Shown: positions 31,523-41,903, numbered from the stretch's first letter. The stretch: 64,000 bases of DNA from Spirochaetia bacterium (GCA_038204425.1 JBBRCZ010000001.1:288001-352000), one strand, 5' to 3'. Notes: a model not told the origin generated them from the letters alone. Made by a program: numbers and translations.

Positions 31523-32584
31523 TTATTCTATTTCATCCTCTACTACTTCGTCTTCGTCATCATCAGAACTCAATGGGTCGTCATGTGCGTCGTCAATTTC
31601 ATCGGCTTCTATACCGTCTTCTTCCGAGACCTCGCCGTCTGAATCTATATCGTCGTCATCATCATCGTCGTCATCTACGACTACCGTTTCCTCGTCTTCG
31701 ACAAGGTCGTCACCGGCTTCATCGTCGTCATCATCTAAGTATCCCTCATTCATTTCAGCTTCCATCAGGCGGGCTTCGTCCATTTCCTCATCTTCAACGT
31801 CGTCATCATCCTCAGTATGGAAAAGCATTGACTCATCATAAACGAAGTCATAGTACACTTCGTCGCTGTCTTCATGATAAAGAATCATTGAACAATACGG
31901 GCAAAAATGAGGTTGATCATCGCGGTTACTACGTACTTCATTGACGAACTGCAAAGGGAGTATCATGTTACAGCCGGTACATACTCCTTTGGACAAAGGA
32001 ACAATGCCGATTCCTTCCTTTTTGGTGATGATCCGCTCAAATTTAAAAAGAATGTCTTTGCTAAGAAGTCCGTCATTGGTTAGCTCAAGCTCGGATTTCT
32101 GCAAGTTGCCAGCTTTGACTTGACGAGTATCGATTTGGCTCTTGATAACTGCCTGCTCTTGTTTTAGCTCTTCTTCTTGGGTCGCGATTGTTAGCTCGTC
32201 TCTTAGGAGCAGTTGCGATAAATCTTCCACAATTTTCTCTTCTCTTTGGAGATCGCGGCGAAATTGTTGTTCACGATCAGTCGCTTCTTTGATCTGTTTG
32301 AGCAAAGCCTCATACTCCCGTTGAGTCGAAATTTCAACAATCAGAGCTTCCGAGTGCTCACGATCTTTTTCAGCTTGAGATATTTGTTCCTTGAGGTCAA
32401 CAATCTTTTGTTTGCCTTCATCGTACTGTTGATTTCTCTCAATGTAAGTCTTCTTTAGTCTGTTGACTACTTCAACCTTGGTATTGAGAGATTTTGGTAT
32501 TTCTTTTAGTTCTTTTTCGACTACAAACTTTTCTGAAAGAATAGTCTGCAATTGTTTCAGCCGGTCCAAGACTTCTTGAGTCAT
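31523..32584 (-). CDS. Coiled-coil C4 zinc-ribbon protein (DUF164/CdsZ-like) with long acidic tail
   Basis: Long coiled coil (REYEALLKQI), CTGC...CPYC ribbon, and an Asp/Glu-rich C-terminus. Confidence 0.88.
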   Translation of the reverse strand: MTQEVLDRLKQLQTILSEKFVVEKELKEIPKSLNTKVEVVNRLKKTYIERNQQYDEGKQKIVDLKEQISQAEKDREHSEALIVEISTQREYEALLKQIKEATDREQQFRRDLQREEKIVEDLSQLLLRDELTIATQEEELKQEQAVIKSQIDTRQVKAGNLQKSELELTNDGLLSKDILFKFERIITKKEGIGIVPLSKGVCTGCNMILPLQFVNEVRSNRDDQPHFCPYCSMILYHEDSDEVYYDFVYDESMLFHTEDDDDVEDEEMDEARLMEAEMNEGYLDDDDDEAGDDLVEDEETVVVDDDDDDDDDIDSDGEVSEEDGIEADEIDDAHDDPLSSDDDEDEVVEDEIE

Positions 32585-32599
32585 TAATATCCCCCCGTT

Positions 32600-34435
32600 C
32601 TAACTGTCCAAATAGTCTTTCAAACGTCTACTGCGCTTTGGATGTCGCAGGCGCCGCAAGGCCTTGGCTTCTATTTGTCTGATTCGCTCTCTAGTTACGT
32701 TGAAGTACAAACCTACTTCTTCCAATGTCAGTGAGTACCCATCCTCTAGCCCAAACCGCATTTTCAGAACTTCTTGCTCTCTTTCAGGTAACGTTGCAAG
32801 TACTTCTCGCAATTGTTCCTGCAACAAGGTGAACGCAGTCTGTTGGGATGGATTCTCTACATCTTTATCTTCTATGAAGTCGCCAAGCAGCGAATCTTCT
32901 TCTTCTCCGATCGGTGTTTCCAAAGAGATTGGTTCTCGTGCAACATTTTTTACGGATTTAACTCGGGTAACTGTCCAACCTAAACGCTCTGCAACTTCAT
33001 CATCGGATGGTTCACGGCCTAAAACCTGCATAAGCTGACGAGATTCCCTGACAACTTTGTTTATTTGTTCTATCATGTGAACGGGAACCCTGATAGTTCT
33101 TGCCTGATCTGAGATGCTTCTTGTTATTGCTTGCCTAATCCACCACGTTGCATAAGTGGAAAACTTGTAGCCCTTACGATACTCAAACTTCTCAACGGCT
33201 TTAATAAGTCCAATGTTTCCTTCTTGAACAAGGTCAAAAAAGTGAAGTCCACGATTGGTATATTTTTTAGCGATGCTAACGACAAGACGCAGGTTAGCCT
33301 TGATGAGCTTGTCCTTGGCATTTTGCATCATGGTCTTGCCGTGTTGAATCTTTTCTGCCATCAAAATGATTTCATCAGTTCGATTTTCGAAATCGATCTC
33401 CATATTGATAAGCTTTTTCTCGGTAATCTGAATTTGCCTAATTAATTCTTTGATTTCATCAGAGCTCAGTTGAAGTTCTTGCTCAATTCGCTCACGATCG
33501 TCAGCAATGGTTAGGCTTCTACCAAGGCTACGAAGTTCTCGGCTATTGTTAACTCTAAGTCGTTTTTCTACTTTTGCTTTTTCTCGTTGATAGCTGTCAA
33601 TTTTTTTAGAAGCGTTCAGAAATTTATCGGAAAAAGAAATGATTTCCTCAGGGTGCAATTCAATATTACCCATATTCTGAACCAGAAGCTTGCGTTTTTC
33701 AATCAGCTCAAGGTCAATTAGAATATCAGCACCTTTAGAAATTATCTTCTTTTTTTGATCCTGGTAGGCCTTTAGGTCACCAAGAATCTGTTTCAAGGGG
33801 TCCCTGTAGGCTTGAACCAATCTTCTACGTTCGGCGAGGTATTCAGAAACTTCTTTTTTGGACAAGCCAAGTTCGCGCGGATCCTTACTCTTTGTAAATA
33901 TCTTAAAGGCCAATGAGTAGAACTCAGGTATTATCATGCCTGAGTTTTTTATTATGGATTTGATGATATTTTCACCATCTTCCATTTTTTTTGAAAGCTC
34001 GACTTCTTTCTCTGCAGTCAGGAGATTCTCACGGCCTATCTCTCTCAGATAAAGGCGGATTGGATCGTCGATTGCACTTTCTTTTTCAATATAGTTTAGC
34101 TTCTTGATGACCTTTGGGTCAAAATCGTCTTCTGGCGGATTATTGACGATATCTGTTAGCGTTTTTATGTTCTCTTTGTCTATTTCTTCTTGGGGTCTTG
34201 GATCTATCGGTAAAGGCTCCTCACCTTCTTCAACGTCAAGACGCTTTCTTGCGTCAAGCTCGTCTTGAAGTCTAATATCGTAGTTGCCAAGAATTATCAT
34301 TACATCGTCAATGAGATCAGGACTGACCAATTCAGGCGGCAAAAGGTCATTCATCTCCTCGAAAGTGATGACTTTTTTGTCTTTTGCAAATTCGATTAAT
34401 TTCTGGATCGCCGGATTATTCCGCAAGTCGGTCAT
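32600..34435 (-). CDS. rpoD: RNA polymerase sigma factor RpoD
   Basis: [38 protein letters not shown] and TRERIRQIE motifs. Confidence 0.98.
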   Translation of the reverse strand: MTDLRNNPAIQKLIEFAKDKKVITFEEMNDLLPPELVSPDLIDDVMIILGNYDIRLQDELDARKRLDVEEGEEPLPIDPRPQEEIDKENIKTLTDIVNNPPEDDFDPKVIKKLNYIEKESAIDDPIRLYLREIGRENLLTAEKEVELSKKMEDGENIIKSIIKNSGMIIPEFYSLAFKIFTKSKDPRELGLSKKEVSEYLAERRRLVQAYRDPLKQILGDLKAYQDQKKKIISKGADILIDLELIEKRKLLVQNMGNIELHPEEIISFSDKFLNASKKIDSYQREKAKVEKRLRVNNSRELRSLGRSLTIADDRERIEQELQLSSDEIKELIRQIQITEKKLINMEIDFENRTDEIILMAEKIQHGKTMMQNAKDKLIKANLRLVVSIAKKYTNRGLHFFDLVQEGNIGLIKAVEKFEYRKGYKFSTYATWWIRQAITRSISDQARTIRVPVHMIEQINKVVRESRQLMQVLGREPSDDEVAERLGWTVTRVKSVKNVAREPISLETPIGEEEDSLLGDFIEDKDVENPSQQTAFTLLQEQLREVLATLPEREQEVLKMRFGLEDGYSLTLEEVGLYFNVTRERIRQIEAKALRRLRHPKRSRRLKDYLDS

Positions 34436-36224
34436 CTATCTGTTTCCTCAGTTCCTTAAGCGCTTCATCAATCACTATCATATCTTCGAGAAGGTCTCGT
34501 TCCATCTTCGAATCAAGGCTGCTGTCATTACCAACTCTTCTAAGTTGGTAATTTATAGAAATTCTTCGTTCTCTCAGATTTCTTTCTCTGATACGCAAGG
34601 TACAGTCTTTAATAAAACCCTCAGCGTTTTCAACATATTCACCATCTACATTTTTTCTAAACACGATTGATCGCAGGTCTGGGCTGCCGATTCTACTAGC
34701 AACATGCTCAAATGACAATAGGCCAAGCCTGTAGCTCTCCTCCAAACAAATAAAAAGCTCCTGAGCCCCTTGGTGTTTGAGGTCTTCTATCTTAAGCTGA
34801 TTTCTAATCTTGCCAAATACCAGTGGGTTTATGACCACAGCTATCATCATCTGCAAATCTAGACTCGAGCTATCTCTGAGCAAAGCTTGACTCATTTTGA
34901 CTTCAGAATCAATTGCTAAGGGTTTGTTTTTGTTAGCCACCTTACTACGGTTCAATTCTGCTTGCAGACTATTTACGCCAACTTCCAAAAGATCCGAAAG
35001 CATTCTTAGTACTGCTTCTTTTTTAATAGGAGACCGAATAGAATCCAAATACGGCAAGAAGGCGTTCAAAAGCCGTTTTTTTGCCTCAGGACTTCCAGTG
35101 CCATTTTCTAGTCCTCCTACTCTCAGTATAAAGTCAAAAACAGTTAACCTGTAATCTAACATTTTTAATAGAAATTGTGAACCTTTTTTCTGGAAAATGT
35201 CTGCAGGATCCTTTTCGCCTTCCAGCTTAATAAAATCGCAGTCAATCTCATTGTCTTCGGCGATGATCAAGGATCGCATTCCGGCTTTTATGCCTGCTTC
35301 GTCGCTGTCAAATAGAAACGAGATTTTGTTACACATTCTTTTGACAAGTTTTGCTTGGTCATTCGTAAATGCGGTTCCTAGTGGAGCTAGTGCATTCTTT
35401 GCGCTAGCTGCGTGCAAGGCAATTACGTCCATATATCCTTCGCAGATGATGGCTTGGTTACCTTTTTTGATGAAGTCTTTGGCTAAATTTATACCAAATA
35501 GAACTGAACCTTTTTTAAATATACTCGTTTCGGGGCTGTTAATGTATTTCGGGCCGTTGCCCTGAAGGATTCTTCCTCCAAATGCAATTGTTTCGTTACC
35601 TTGATCAAGGATGGGGAAGATAATCCGGCCAGAAAAAATACAATACTCTTTCTTATTTTTGCCAAAGAGGCCGGAGTCGTCCAAAAAACTGGCACTGTAC
35701 TTTTTTGATAACAAAAATTTATAGAGCCAAGACCCATCTAAGTAGAGATAACCAAGCTTAAAAGTAGTGATGGTTTGGTCATCTATACCTCTATCGTTGA
35801 GGTACTTATGAGCAGATTCTCCTTGCTTCGTGTTCATTAGTAGATGCGAAAAGGTATCAGTTAAGCGCGCATATAACTCTATGAGTGCCTTCTTTTGCTT
35901 GTAGTCTTGAGAAAATGCTTCTTCATCTTCCTGATTGGTATTGATCCCGTATTTTTTTGCCAAAAAATTAAGTGCTTCGACATAACTGATCTGTTCCAAT
36001 TCCATAACAAACTGAACTACACCACCGCCCTTTTGAGTGCTAAAGCAATACCAAATATTTTTATCTGGACTGACCGAAAATGAGGGGGTCTTCTCCGCTT
36101 TGAATGGACTCAAGCCCCAGAATCGGTCGCCTTTTTGGTTGAGTTGTACATATTGTCCAACAACATCGACAATATGAGCTTTGTCGATGATTTCCTGCAC
36201 GATTTGCTCCGGAATTCGCGTCAT
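34416..36224 (-). CDS. dnaG: DNA primase (start at ATG 36224)
   Basis: [31 protein letters not shown] and KDP motifs. The ORF-track extension to 36419 lies within mltG. Confidence 0.96.
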   Translation of the reverse strand: MTRIPEQIVQEIIDKAHIVDVVGQYVQLNQKGDRFWGLSPFKAEKTPSFSVSPDKNIWYCFSTQKGGGVVQFVMELEQISYVEALNFLAKKYGINTNQEDEEAFSQDYKQKKALIELYARLTDTFSHLLMNTKQGESAHKYLNDRGIDDQTITTFKLGYLYLDGSWLYKFLLSKKYSASFLDDSGLFGKNKKEYCIFSGRIIFPILDQGNETIAFGGRILQGNGPKYINSPETSIFKKGSVLFGINLAKDFIKKGNQAIICEGYMDVIALHAASAKNALAPLGTAFTNDQAKLVKRMCNKISFLFDSDEAGIKAGMRSLIIAEDNEIDCDFIKLEGEKDPADIFQKKGSQFLLKMLDYRLTVFDFILRVGGLENGTGSPEAKKRLLNAFLPYLDSIRSPIKKEAVLRMLSDLLEVGVNSLQAELNRSKVANKNKPLAIDSEVKMSQALLRDSSSLDLQMMIAVVINPLVFGKIRNQLKIEDLKHQGAQELFICLEESYRLGLLSFEHVASRIGSPDLRSIVFRKNVDGEYVENAEGFIKDCTLRIRERNLRERRISINYQLRRVGNDSSLDSKMERDLLEDMIVIDEALKELRKQIDDRLAE

Positions 36225-36237
36225 GTCTTTATTGAGT

Positions 36238-37263
36238 TCAACGTTGTTTATTAAAGAGAACGGTTGCTTGGTTGTGATCAGCGAAGGTTTTCGAAAACTG
36301 ATGCTGGGTTGCGGTTGGACTCTTGAGTACAAAATACAAATAGTCCGATCTATCAGGAAAGAAGGCAGCCTTAAGTGCAACCGTACCCGGATTGGAGATC
36401 GGACCTGGTGGTAGGCCACGGTGTATATACGTGTTGTACTTTGATGACCTTTTTAAGTCTCGGAAGAAAAGTCGTTCGGGATGCTTTAGTCCTTGTTCTT
36501 CGGTCATTACATATACCACTGTAGCGCATGACTCCAAAGATTTGTTGATCTTTAGTCTGTTGTTAAAAACTGATGCCATCAGGGCCGCTTCTGAGGGGTC
36601 TCTGTATTCACGTTCTATGATCGAAGCGAGTACCACTTTCTCGTAGAGCTGTTTGTTTGACTGAAGATCAAATTCTGGCACAATCGTCTTTAGCTCATTA
36701 AAGAAGGCTGTTACAAGATGTCTAACCACAAATTCGGCGGAACTGTTCAAATTGAAGTAGTAGGTGTCCGGAAACAAGAATCCCTCGGCACTGTTAAGAG
36801 CGAGTCCTTTGAGCTCCGTGGATTCTAACAATGCTTTGTTTTTTACTGCTTTGAGAAAGTCCTGCTTTTTCACTATTCCCTTGTCTTCAAGCAATTTTGC
36901 AATCCTTGTAGAACTGTGACCTTCTGGGATAGTGACCTTCTCAAGCACCTGTTTGCCGCTGGTAAGATAGTCATGAACCTGAAACGAATTTAGGTTTTGC
37001 GGGATTGCATAGCTACCAACTTGAAAACTGCCATCAGTATTTCTAATTTTTGCAATTATTTGTAAGAAAAGAGCCGAGCGAATCAGACCTTCTTGTTCTA
37101 GGCGTTTAGCAACTGCCTGCATGTTCTCGCCACTTGTGATGGCAAAAGGTCTCAGTTCTGATTTTGACTGCATTGCGCTGTTGAGGAATATACTTAATAC
37201 AATGGTAGCAGCTATCAAGAAGAAAAATGCTGACAGTACAATTGCGACAATTTTTTTTAACAT
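36238..37263 (-). CDS. mltG: Endolytic transglycosylase MltG
   Basis: VTIPEG, EGFLFPDTY, LASIIERE, YNTY and GLPPGPISNPG motifs. Confidence 0.95.
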   Translation of the reverse strand: MLKKIVAIVLSAFFFLIAATIVLSIFLNSAMQSKSELRPFAITSGENMQAVAKRLEQEGLIRSALFLQIIAKIRNTDGSFQVGSYAIPQNLNSFQVHDYLTSGKQVLEKVTIPEGHSSTRIAKLLEDKGIVKKQDFLKAVKNKALLESTELKGLALNSAEGFLFPDTYYFNLNSSAEFVVRHLVTAFFNELKTIVPEFDLQSNKQLYEKVVLASIIEREYRDPSEAALMASVFNNRLKINKSLESCATVVYVMTEEQGLKHPERLFFRDLKRSSKYNTYIHRGLPPGPISNPGTVALKAAFFPDRSDYLYFVLKSPTATQHQFSKTFADHNQATVLFNKQR

Positions 37264-37278
37264 CTTAAATACCCCAAG

Positions 37279-38223
37279 CTAAAGTTCAATACCGATGCCT
37301 TCTTCTGCCAACATAATCTCGAGTGAACTCTTTTGCCGCTGAGCATACCATTTTGCAGCAGAAAGGTTACTGTAAATTTGCTTGTCATCATACTTTGGTT
37401 CATGGTGAAAAAGAGCCAGCTTTTTGACATTCCAATTGATGGCAAACTCAACGCCAAGACTAAAACTCGAGTGACCCCAGTTATATTTGTCGATCGCTTC
37501 TCCCAGAGTGTACATTGTATCAAGAACTAGGAAATCTGCATCTCTAAAAAAAGGACCATTGCCACCGTCTTTGATAAAATCTACTTCTCCAAGTTCAACA
37601 TCTGTAGCGTAAATAAAAGTTTTTCCTGCTTCTTGAATTTTATAAGCAAATGCCTTGCCGGGATGATTTAGCTCTTGCCAAGAGATTGTCGCATTTCCAA
37701 TTTTGATGGTAGGGCTGTTCTTTAGAGAATGGAAATATTGATGTGATGTCATTCGATCCTGCATCGTTACGGGAAAGTAAGGATGAGCCATATGATCCTT
37801 TAAGGTATATTCCATGTCTTCTAATGGACTATAAAAGTGCATTTGAATTTGCGGATTGTAGGCCTGCATAAAAAAAGGCAAGCCCTGAATATGGTCGTAG
37901 TGAAAATGAGAAAAAAATACATGGTAGCTACCTGGGGCTTGGTGTTCTTTGCTCAAACTGTTGCTTAGTCCTATTATTCCTGAGCCGGCATCCAGAATCA
38001 AACAGCTGCCATCAGAGAGCCTAACTTCAAGGCAAGGGGTGTTTCCACCTATAGTACCAAACAACCATTCTGGCAGTCTTGATAAGAAAAGCTCTCGCGT
38101 TTCAGGTGACTGCAAATCCTTTGGTTTGACTCTTTGAATTACCGCCGAGATCTTTTGCCTTAGTTTTTCAGGTGATAGTGGTGTTGGGTGGGAGCCGCGG
38201 ACACCCCAAAAATTTATTTTCAC
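37279..38223 (-). CDS. MBL-fold metallohydrolase
   Basis: FWGVRGS, GGNTPC, LDAGSG, SHFHYDH, WGHS and FHHEP motifs. GTG start at 38223. Confidence 0.92.
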   Translation of the reverse strand: MKINFWGVRGSHPTPLSPEKLRQKISAVIQRVKPKDLQSPETRELFLSRLPEWLFGTIGGNTPCLEVRLSDGSCLILDAGSGIIGLSNSLSKEHQAPGSYHVFFSHFHYDHIQGLPFFMQAYNPQIQMHFYSPLEDMEYTLKDHMAHPYFPVTMQDRMTSHQYFHSLKNSPTIKIGNATISWQELNHPGKAFAYKIQEAGKTFIYATDVELGEVDFIKDGGNGPFFRDADFLVLDTMYTLGEAIDKYNWGHSSFSLGVEFAINWNVKKLALFHHEPKYDDKQIYSNLSAAKWYAQRQKSSLEIMLAEEGIGIEL

Positions 38224-38224
38224 T

Positions 38225-38677
38225 TCATTCTTCCAAAAGATCAAAATCTGATCGGGCATTCAGCCAGGACTCAATAACATCACGACTATGAATCTTGCCA
38301 CGATTAATCCCTGGACAAGATAGTCCGGCTTGATCCCAGGATTCTTTGTCCTCTAAATTTTGCTTCCAAAATGGAAACGCTCTGCACTGAAATGGACGAG
38401 CTTCGTAGACACTACAACCAGATTCGCCCCAAAAAATACAATCATTGTTAGGTTTTTCTAGAAGGCTTAGCCTTTTTACAAAACCAAAGTCCACTACCCT
38501 ACAATATTTCTGACGAAACTCGGATGCGCTAATTTGAAGATTCGCTGCCAATTGTGACAGATCGTCAGCAGAAAGAAAAACGTATCCAGGATCATGTCGA
38601 CAACAATCCGAGCAACGTGTGCATTCAAACTGCAGGCCCGATTGGAAGAAAGGTACAGGAATTCTCATAGATGCCAT
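38225..38677 (-). CDS. YkgJ family cysteine-cluster protein
   Basis: FECTRCSDCC, CIFW, CSVYEARPFQCRAFPFW and CPG motifs. The true start may be ATG 38668. Confidence 0.92.
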   Translation of the reverse strand: MASMRIPVPFFQSGLQFECTRCSDCCRHDPGYVFLSADDLSQLAANLQISASEFRQKYCRVVDFGFVKRLSLLEKPNNDCIFWGESGCSVYEARPFQCRAFPFWKQNLEDKESWDQAGLSCPGINRGKIHSRDVIESWLNARSDFDLLEE

Positions 38678-38713
38678 ATTATATTTTTAAAGAGACAAGT
38701 AACAGTCCTATGC

Positions 38714-38746
38714 AAAAAAAAACCGTCTGCATCTTGCAGACGGTTT
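38714..38746 (-). terminator. Rho-independent terminator after tRNA-Tyr
   Basis: AAACCGTCTGC-AAGAT-GCAGACGGTTT plus a T-run on the minus strand. Confidence 0.85.
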
Positions 38747-38747
38747 A

Positions 38748-38830
38748 TGGGGAGTGTAGGTTTCGAACCTACGTAGGCGTAAGCCAACAGATTTACAGTC
38801 TGCCCCCTTTAACCACTCGGGCAACTCCCC
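38748..38830 (-). tRNA. tRNA-Tyr(GTA)
   Basis: GGGGAGT/ACTCCCC acceptor stem, GCAGA-CTGTAAA-TCTGT anticodon arm, long variable arm and TTCGA. CCA is not encoded. Confidence 0.96.
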
Positions 38831-38875
38831 TTTTTGGAACGGGGTCATATTTATCATACGACCATGTTCGCGTCA

Positions 38876-38949
38876 AGCCTTCTGTCGGATTCGAACCGAC
38901 GACCACCAGATTACAAGTCAGGTGCTCTGGCCAACTGAGCTAAGAAGGC
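38876..38949 (-). tRNA. tRNA-Thr(TGT)
   Basis: GCCTTCT/AGAAGGC acceptor stem, CTTGTAA loop and GGTTCGAATCC T-arm. Confidence 0.95.
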
Positions 38950-39102
38950 ATACTTAGAGTGCTGATTAGATTACATTTTTGGCTGCATGTCAATATTTCA
39001 CGCCACATTTCAGACTTGTTTGTCATTTCGTTTTGTCCAACTTTCTAAGATTCAAGGCTTGACACTTTACTATAGATGTACGACTATAGGCTTACAACAC
39101 GA

Positions 39103-39175
39103 CGCAGGGTAGAGCAGTTGGCAGCTCGTCGGGCTCATAACCCGGAGGTCGGAGGTTCGAGTCCTCCCCCTGCTA
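39103..39175 (+). tRNA. Initiator tRNA-fMet(CAT)
   Basis: C1:T72 mismatch and three G-C pairs in the anticodon stem (TCGGG-CTCATAA-CCCGG). Confidence 0.95.
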
Positions 39176-39180
39176 TTATT

Positions 39181-39210
39181 AACACCGTTACTGAGTAACG
39201 GTGTTTTTTT
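39181..39210 (+). terminator. Rho-independent terminator after tRNA-fMet
   Basis: AACACCGTTAC-TGA-GTAACGGTGTT plus a T-run. Confidence 0.85.
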
Positions 39211-39230
39211 GCATTGGGATCGAATATTGT

Positions 39231-39259
39231 TTGCACAATTGAGCTTGCGTTTCTATACT
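39231..39259 (+). promoter_or_regulatory. sigma70-like promoter TTGCAC-N17-TATACT
   Basis: Lies between the tRNA terminator and the MBL hydrolase gene. Confidence 0.55.
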
Positions 39260-39311
39260 TAACAAAGTCACAAAAAATTAGGACAGAAAACTAAAATGGG
39301 CGCTATAGTAG

Positions 39312-40160
39312 ATGATTTTTAGAAAAAGAAATTTAAATGGTAACCTTTCACTGAGCAATGATGGACAACTGAGCCTTTTTCCAATTGGAGCCGGAAGTGC
39401 ATTTACCAAAAAGCTCTATCAAAACAACCTTTTGATAATAAAGGGAAATACACACCTTCAGATAGACTGCGGAACACGAACTCCAGAGGCATATTTCAAT
39501 CTTGGTTTGCCAATTACTGAGATTAGCAATTACCTAATTTCTCATTCCCATGCCGACCACGTTGGTGGACTTGAAGAAGTAATTCTGATGGGCCGGTACG
39601 TCACCAGAAGAAAACCGACCATAATCATTACTGAGGAATATCAGGACTTGTTGTGGAATCAGTCGCTCAAAGGCGGAGCGGCCTTCAACGAAAAGAAATC
39701 CTCTCGATATCTTGGTTTCAAGGACTATTGGGAGGTTATAAGGCCTCAGCTAAGCACTAAGCTTTCGCGCGAGTCATACGATATTGATTTCAACGGTATC
39801 AAAATTACCATGTTTAGAACCATGCACTATCCAGACTCAGCACTATCATGGCAAGAAAGTGCCTATAGTGTAGGAATAGTAATTGATGAAAGAGTTTTGT
39901 TTTCGGGGGACACGCGCTTTGATCCAGAAATGATCGAAGAATTGTGCGAGAAGTTTCCAATCGAACTAATCGTTCACGACGTGCAGTTTTTTCCTGGCGG
40001 TGTGCATGCGGCTTTTGACGAACTTAAGTCTCTTCCCGAAAAGTACAAGTCAAAAATGTTGCTTATGCATTACCCTGATACTTGGCTAAATCATAGTCAA
40101 AAAGTACTGGACGCCGGCTTTTTAGGATTTCTTGAACAGCAAGTCTTTTACGACTTATAA
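39312..40160 (+). CDS. MBL-fold metallohydrolase (RNase Z / cyclic-nucleotide phosphodiesterase-like)
   Basis: GAGSAF, IDCG, SHSHADHVGGLE, FSGDT, VHA and LMHY motifs. Confidence 0.9.
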   Translation: MIFRKRNLNGNLSLSNDGQLSLFPIGAGSAFTKKLYQNNLLIIKGNTHLQIDCGTRTPEAYFNLGLPITEISNYLISHSHADHVGGLEEVILMGRYVTRRKPTIIITEEYQDLLWNQSLKGGAAFNEKKSSRYLGFKDYWEVIRPQLSTKLSRESYDIDFNGIKITMFRTMHYPDSALSWQESAYSVGIVIDERVLFSGDTRFDPEMIEELCEKFPIELIVHDVQFFPGGVHAAFDELKSLPEKYKSKMLLMHYPDTWLNHSQKVLDAGFLGFLEQQVFYDL

Positions 40161-40199
40161 GAGGCGCAAAATGTCGCCCACGTAGGCAGCAAGAATGAA

Positions 40200-41315
40200 C
40201 TATGAGCTGTGGTCGTCGCTATAAATTGTTTTGTTTTGACTATAAGCTTCCAGAACGGATACTTCTTTGGCTGATAGAACTTGAATACCGGTTTTGATTG
40301 TTTCCATTTTGAGGGGAAAATCTCCGGCTTCAAGCCAGGTCACTTGTCCATCAAGTTGCATCGGAATCTTGCCAGACAATTCGATTTCGATTGCGTGGAC
40401 CCGATCCATCGTGCAGTTTGGCAGGTTCGGATGTTTGGCCTTAAAAAGTTCAGTCTTAAATTTCATGTTGTCAATCAGACTGCCATTCTTGATTGAGCAA
40501 TAGTTCCGTTCATCAGGAAGAACCCATTTTTCAGCGCCGTAGGTTCTAAACCCACTTACTCCCATGACGGTGATACCATTACAACGTTCTTCAACGGTTA
40601 CATTGCCATTGGTGCCATAGCGACTTACACGCATCGGATGGAAGCCATGAATGACTCCGTAGAGAACCACACCAATGTCGGCAAAAATTTTGTAGCTGTT
40701 TCCTGGAATCTTTGACTTAAACTTATTGGTTAGATGCACTACGTAAGCATCTAATCCCAAGCTTGCAATATTGAAGCTATACATGATGCTTCTGAGCGGT
40801 GTTTTGACAGCAATTGCCCCGGTTTTTGAGGTCTTTCTGGATTCACCAAGGGTTTGCAGGGCTTGTGTCTGATCCCACGCGTCTGCAGCATCATTTCCTG
40901 TGCCAGCGGGAAAGCGAAAAACGACCACGTTCTCAAGCAGTCGTTCTTCTACTGTCATTAAACCACTAAGCACTTCTTGATGAGTACCATCGCCTCCCAT
41001 TGATACAATCAATGTTGATCGACTATTTTTTCTGTTTCTTTCAACAATTCCTGCTGCAATAATACCTGCTTGCCCAGGCGCTGAGCTCGAGCAAACGGTA
41101 ACGAATACGGAGTGGCTTTCAATTTTGCTGTTGCGCGCTGCGGAAGCAAACCCCTTTAAAAGACGCAGAAAATCTTCCATTTTTTTCTTGTTAGAAAAAC
41201 CACCGGCTTTTGGGTTAAGGATTACATGAACTGACTCAATTTTTTCTCTTATAAAACTGGATCTGCCCAGTATATCTTCAAAACCAGACTTGATCGATCT
41301 AAATAGTTCTTCCAT
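40200..41315 (-). CDS. Diacylglycerol/lipid kinase family protein
   Basis: NPKAGG, GGDGT, PAGTGND, SLGLDA and QLDG motifs. Confidence 0.9.
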   Translation of the reverse strand: MEELFRSIKSGFEDILGRSSFIREKIESVHVILNPKAGGFSNKKKMEDFLRLLKGFASAARNSKIESHSVFVTVCSSSAPGQAGIIAAGIVERNRKNSRSTLIVSMGGDGTHQEVLSGLMTVEERLLENVVVFRFPAGTGNDAADAWDQTQALQTLGESRKTSKTGAIAVKTPLRSIMYSFNIASLGLDAYVVHLTNKFKSKIPGNSYKIFADIGVVLYGVIHGFHPMRVSRYGTNGNVTVEERCNGITVMGVSGFRTYGAEKWVLPDERNYCSIKNGSLIDNMKFKTELFKAKHPNLPNCTMDRVHAIEIELSGKIPMQLDGQVTWLEAGDFPLKMETIKTGIQVLSAKEVSVLEAYSQNKTIYSDDHSS

Positions 41316-41354
41316 AAGAGTAAGCCTATCATGGTTATTGAACTTTGTCTGGTG

Positions 41355-41894
41355 TCATTGATTGGTGTTTATGAGCATCGATGTATATGATCTTTCTTCA
41401 ATGCGGTCGCTTGTTATGCCAAGTTCTCTCAGGGCATCTTTTAACTGCGTGCTTAGCTCGGCGTGGGTAAAACTAGCCGTGTTAGCAAGCACCGTTTCAA
41501 TCTCGATAAAATAGCCAAGATTTTCAACCTGGCTTAGTTCCACCAGAAAATCACCAAACTTCCAAGCGCTACCTTTTTTTCGTTTAGAGACCAACTTCAG
41601 AGCTCCAAGCCGTAGAAGCAATTCAGTCATCATTTCAGGACTCTCAATACCAAACTCATGCTCGCGGTTAAACTCTACACCGTCAACCATTGTCTTGTCT
41701 TTGTAGGTCACCAAGCACTTTTTATCGTCCTGGCGAATGCGTACGTCCTGAAAAGGATCCGCTTTTCCCGAAATTGTTAAACGAAAATATTCGTCCTTTT
41801 TGTCAAAATCACGTAGATACTTGGCCTTGGAACACAAAATTTTAACTAATATTTCGGGTTCATCCACCCAGGCTTTCAGTTCGATCTCAATCAT
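41355..41894 (-). CDS. cyaB: CYTH-domain protein (class IV adenylate cyclase-like)
   Basis: EIELKA, DEYF, VRIR, TYK, KRK and LGYFIEIE motifs. Confidence 0.88.
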   Translation of the reverse strand: MIEIELKAWVDEPEILVKILCSKAKYLRDFDKKDEYFRLTISGKADPFQDVRIRQDDKKCLVTYKDKTMVDGVEFNREHEFGIESPEMMTELLLRLGALKLVSKRKKGSAWKFGDFLVELSQVENLGYFIEIETVLANTASFTHAELSTQLKDALRELGITSDRIEERSYTSMLINTNQ

Positions 41895-41903
41895 GGTCGC
41901 TCA

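Noticed and set aside
31273..31944. Plus-strand His/Arg-rich (223 aa) and poly-Ser (130 aa) ORFs
   Set aside because: They are antisense shadows of the GAT/GAC-rich acidic tail and of rnpB.
32664..33038. Long antisense ORFs opposite rpoD (similar ones opposite the cyclase, dnaG, rpsA and mreB)
   Set aside because: Typical codon-bias shadows with no start signals or motifs.
36225..36419. N-terminal extensions in the ORF track (dnaG here; also rluB, HD, PilZ, purU and sufU)
   Set aside because: Most overlap neighbouring genes or predicted promoters. Downstream starts fit the family N-termini or SD sites better.
38594..38943. Short plus-strand ORFs ending in VGFEPT-like peptides
   Set aside because: They are reverse-complement translations of tRNA-Tyr and tRNA-Thr.
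39366..39380. Perfect beta-clamp motif QLSLF in the MBL hydrolase
   Set aside because: It falls on the first core beta-strand of the MBL fold and is likely buried and coincidental.
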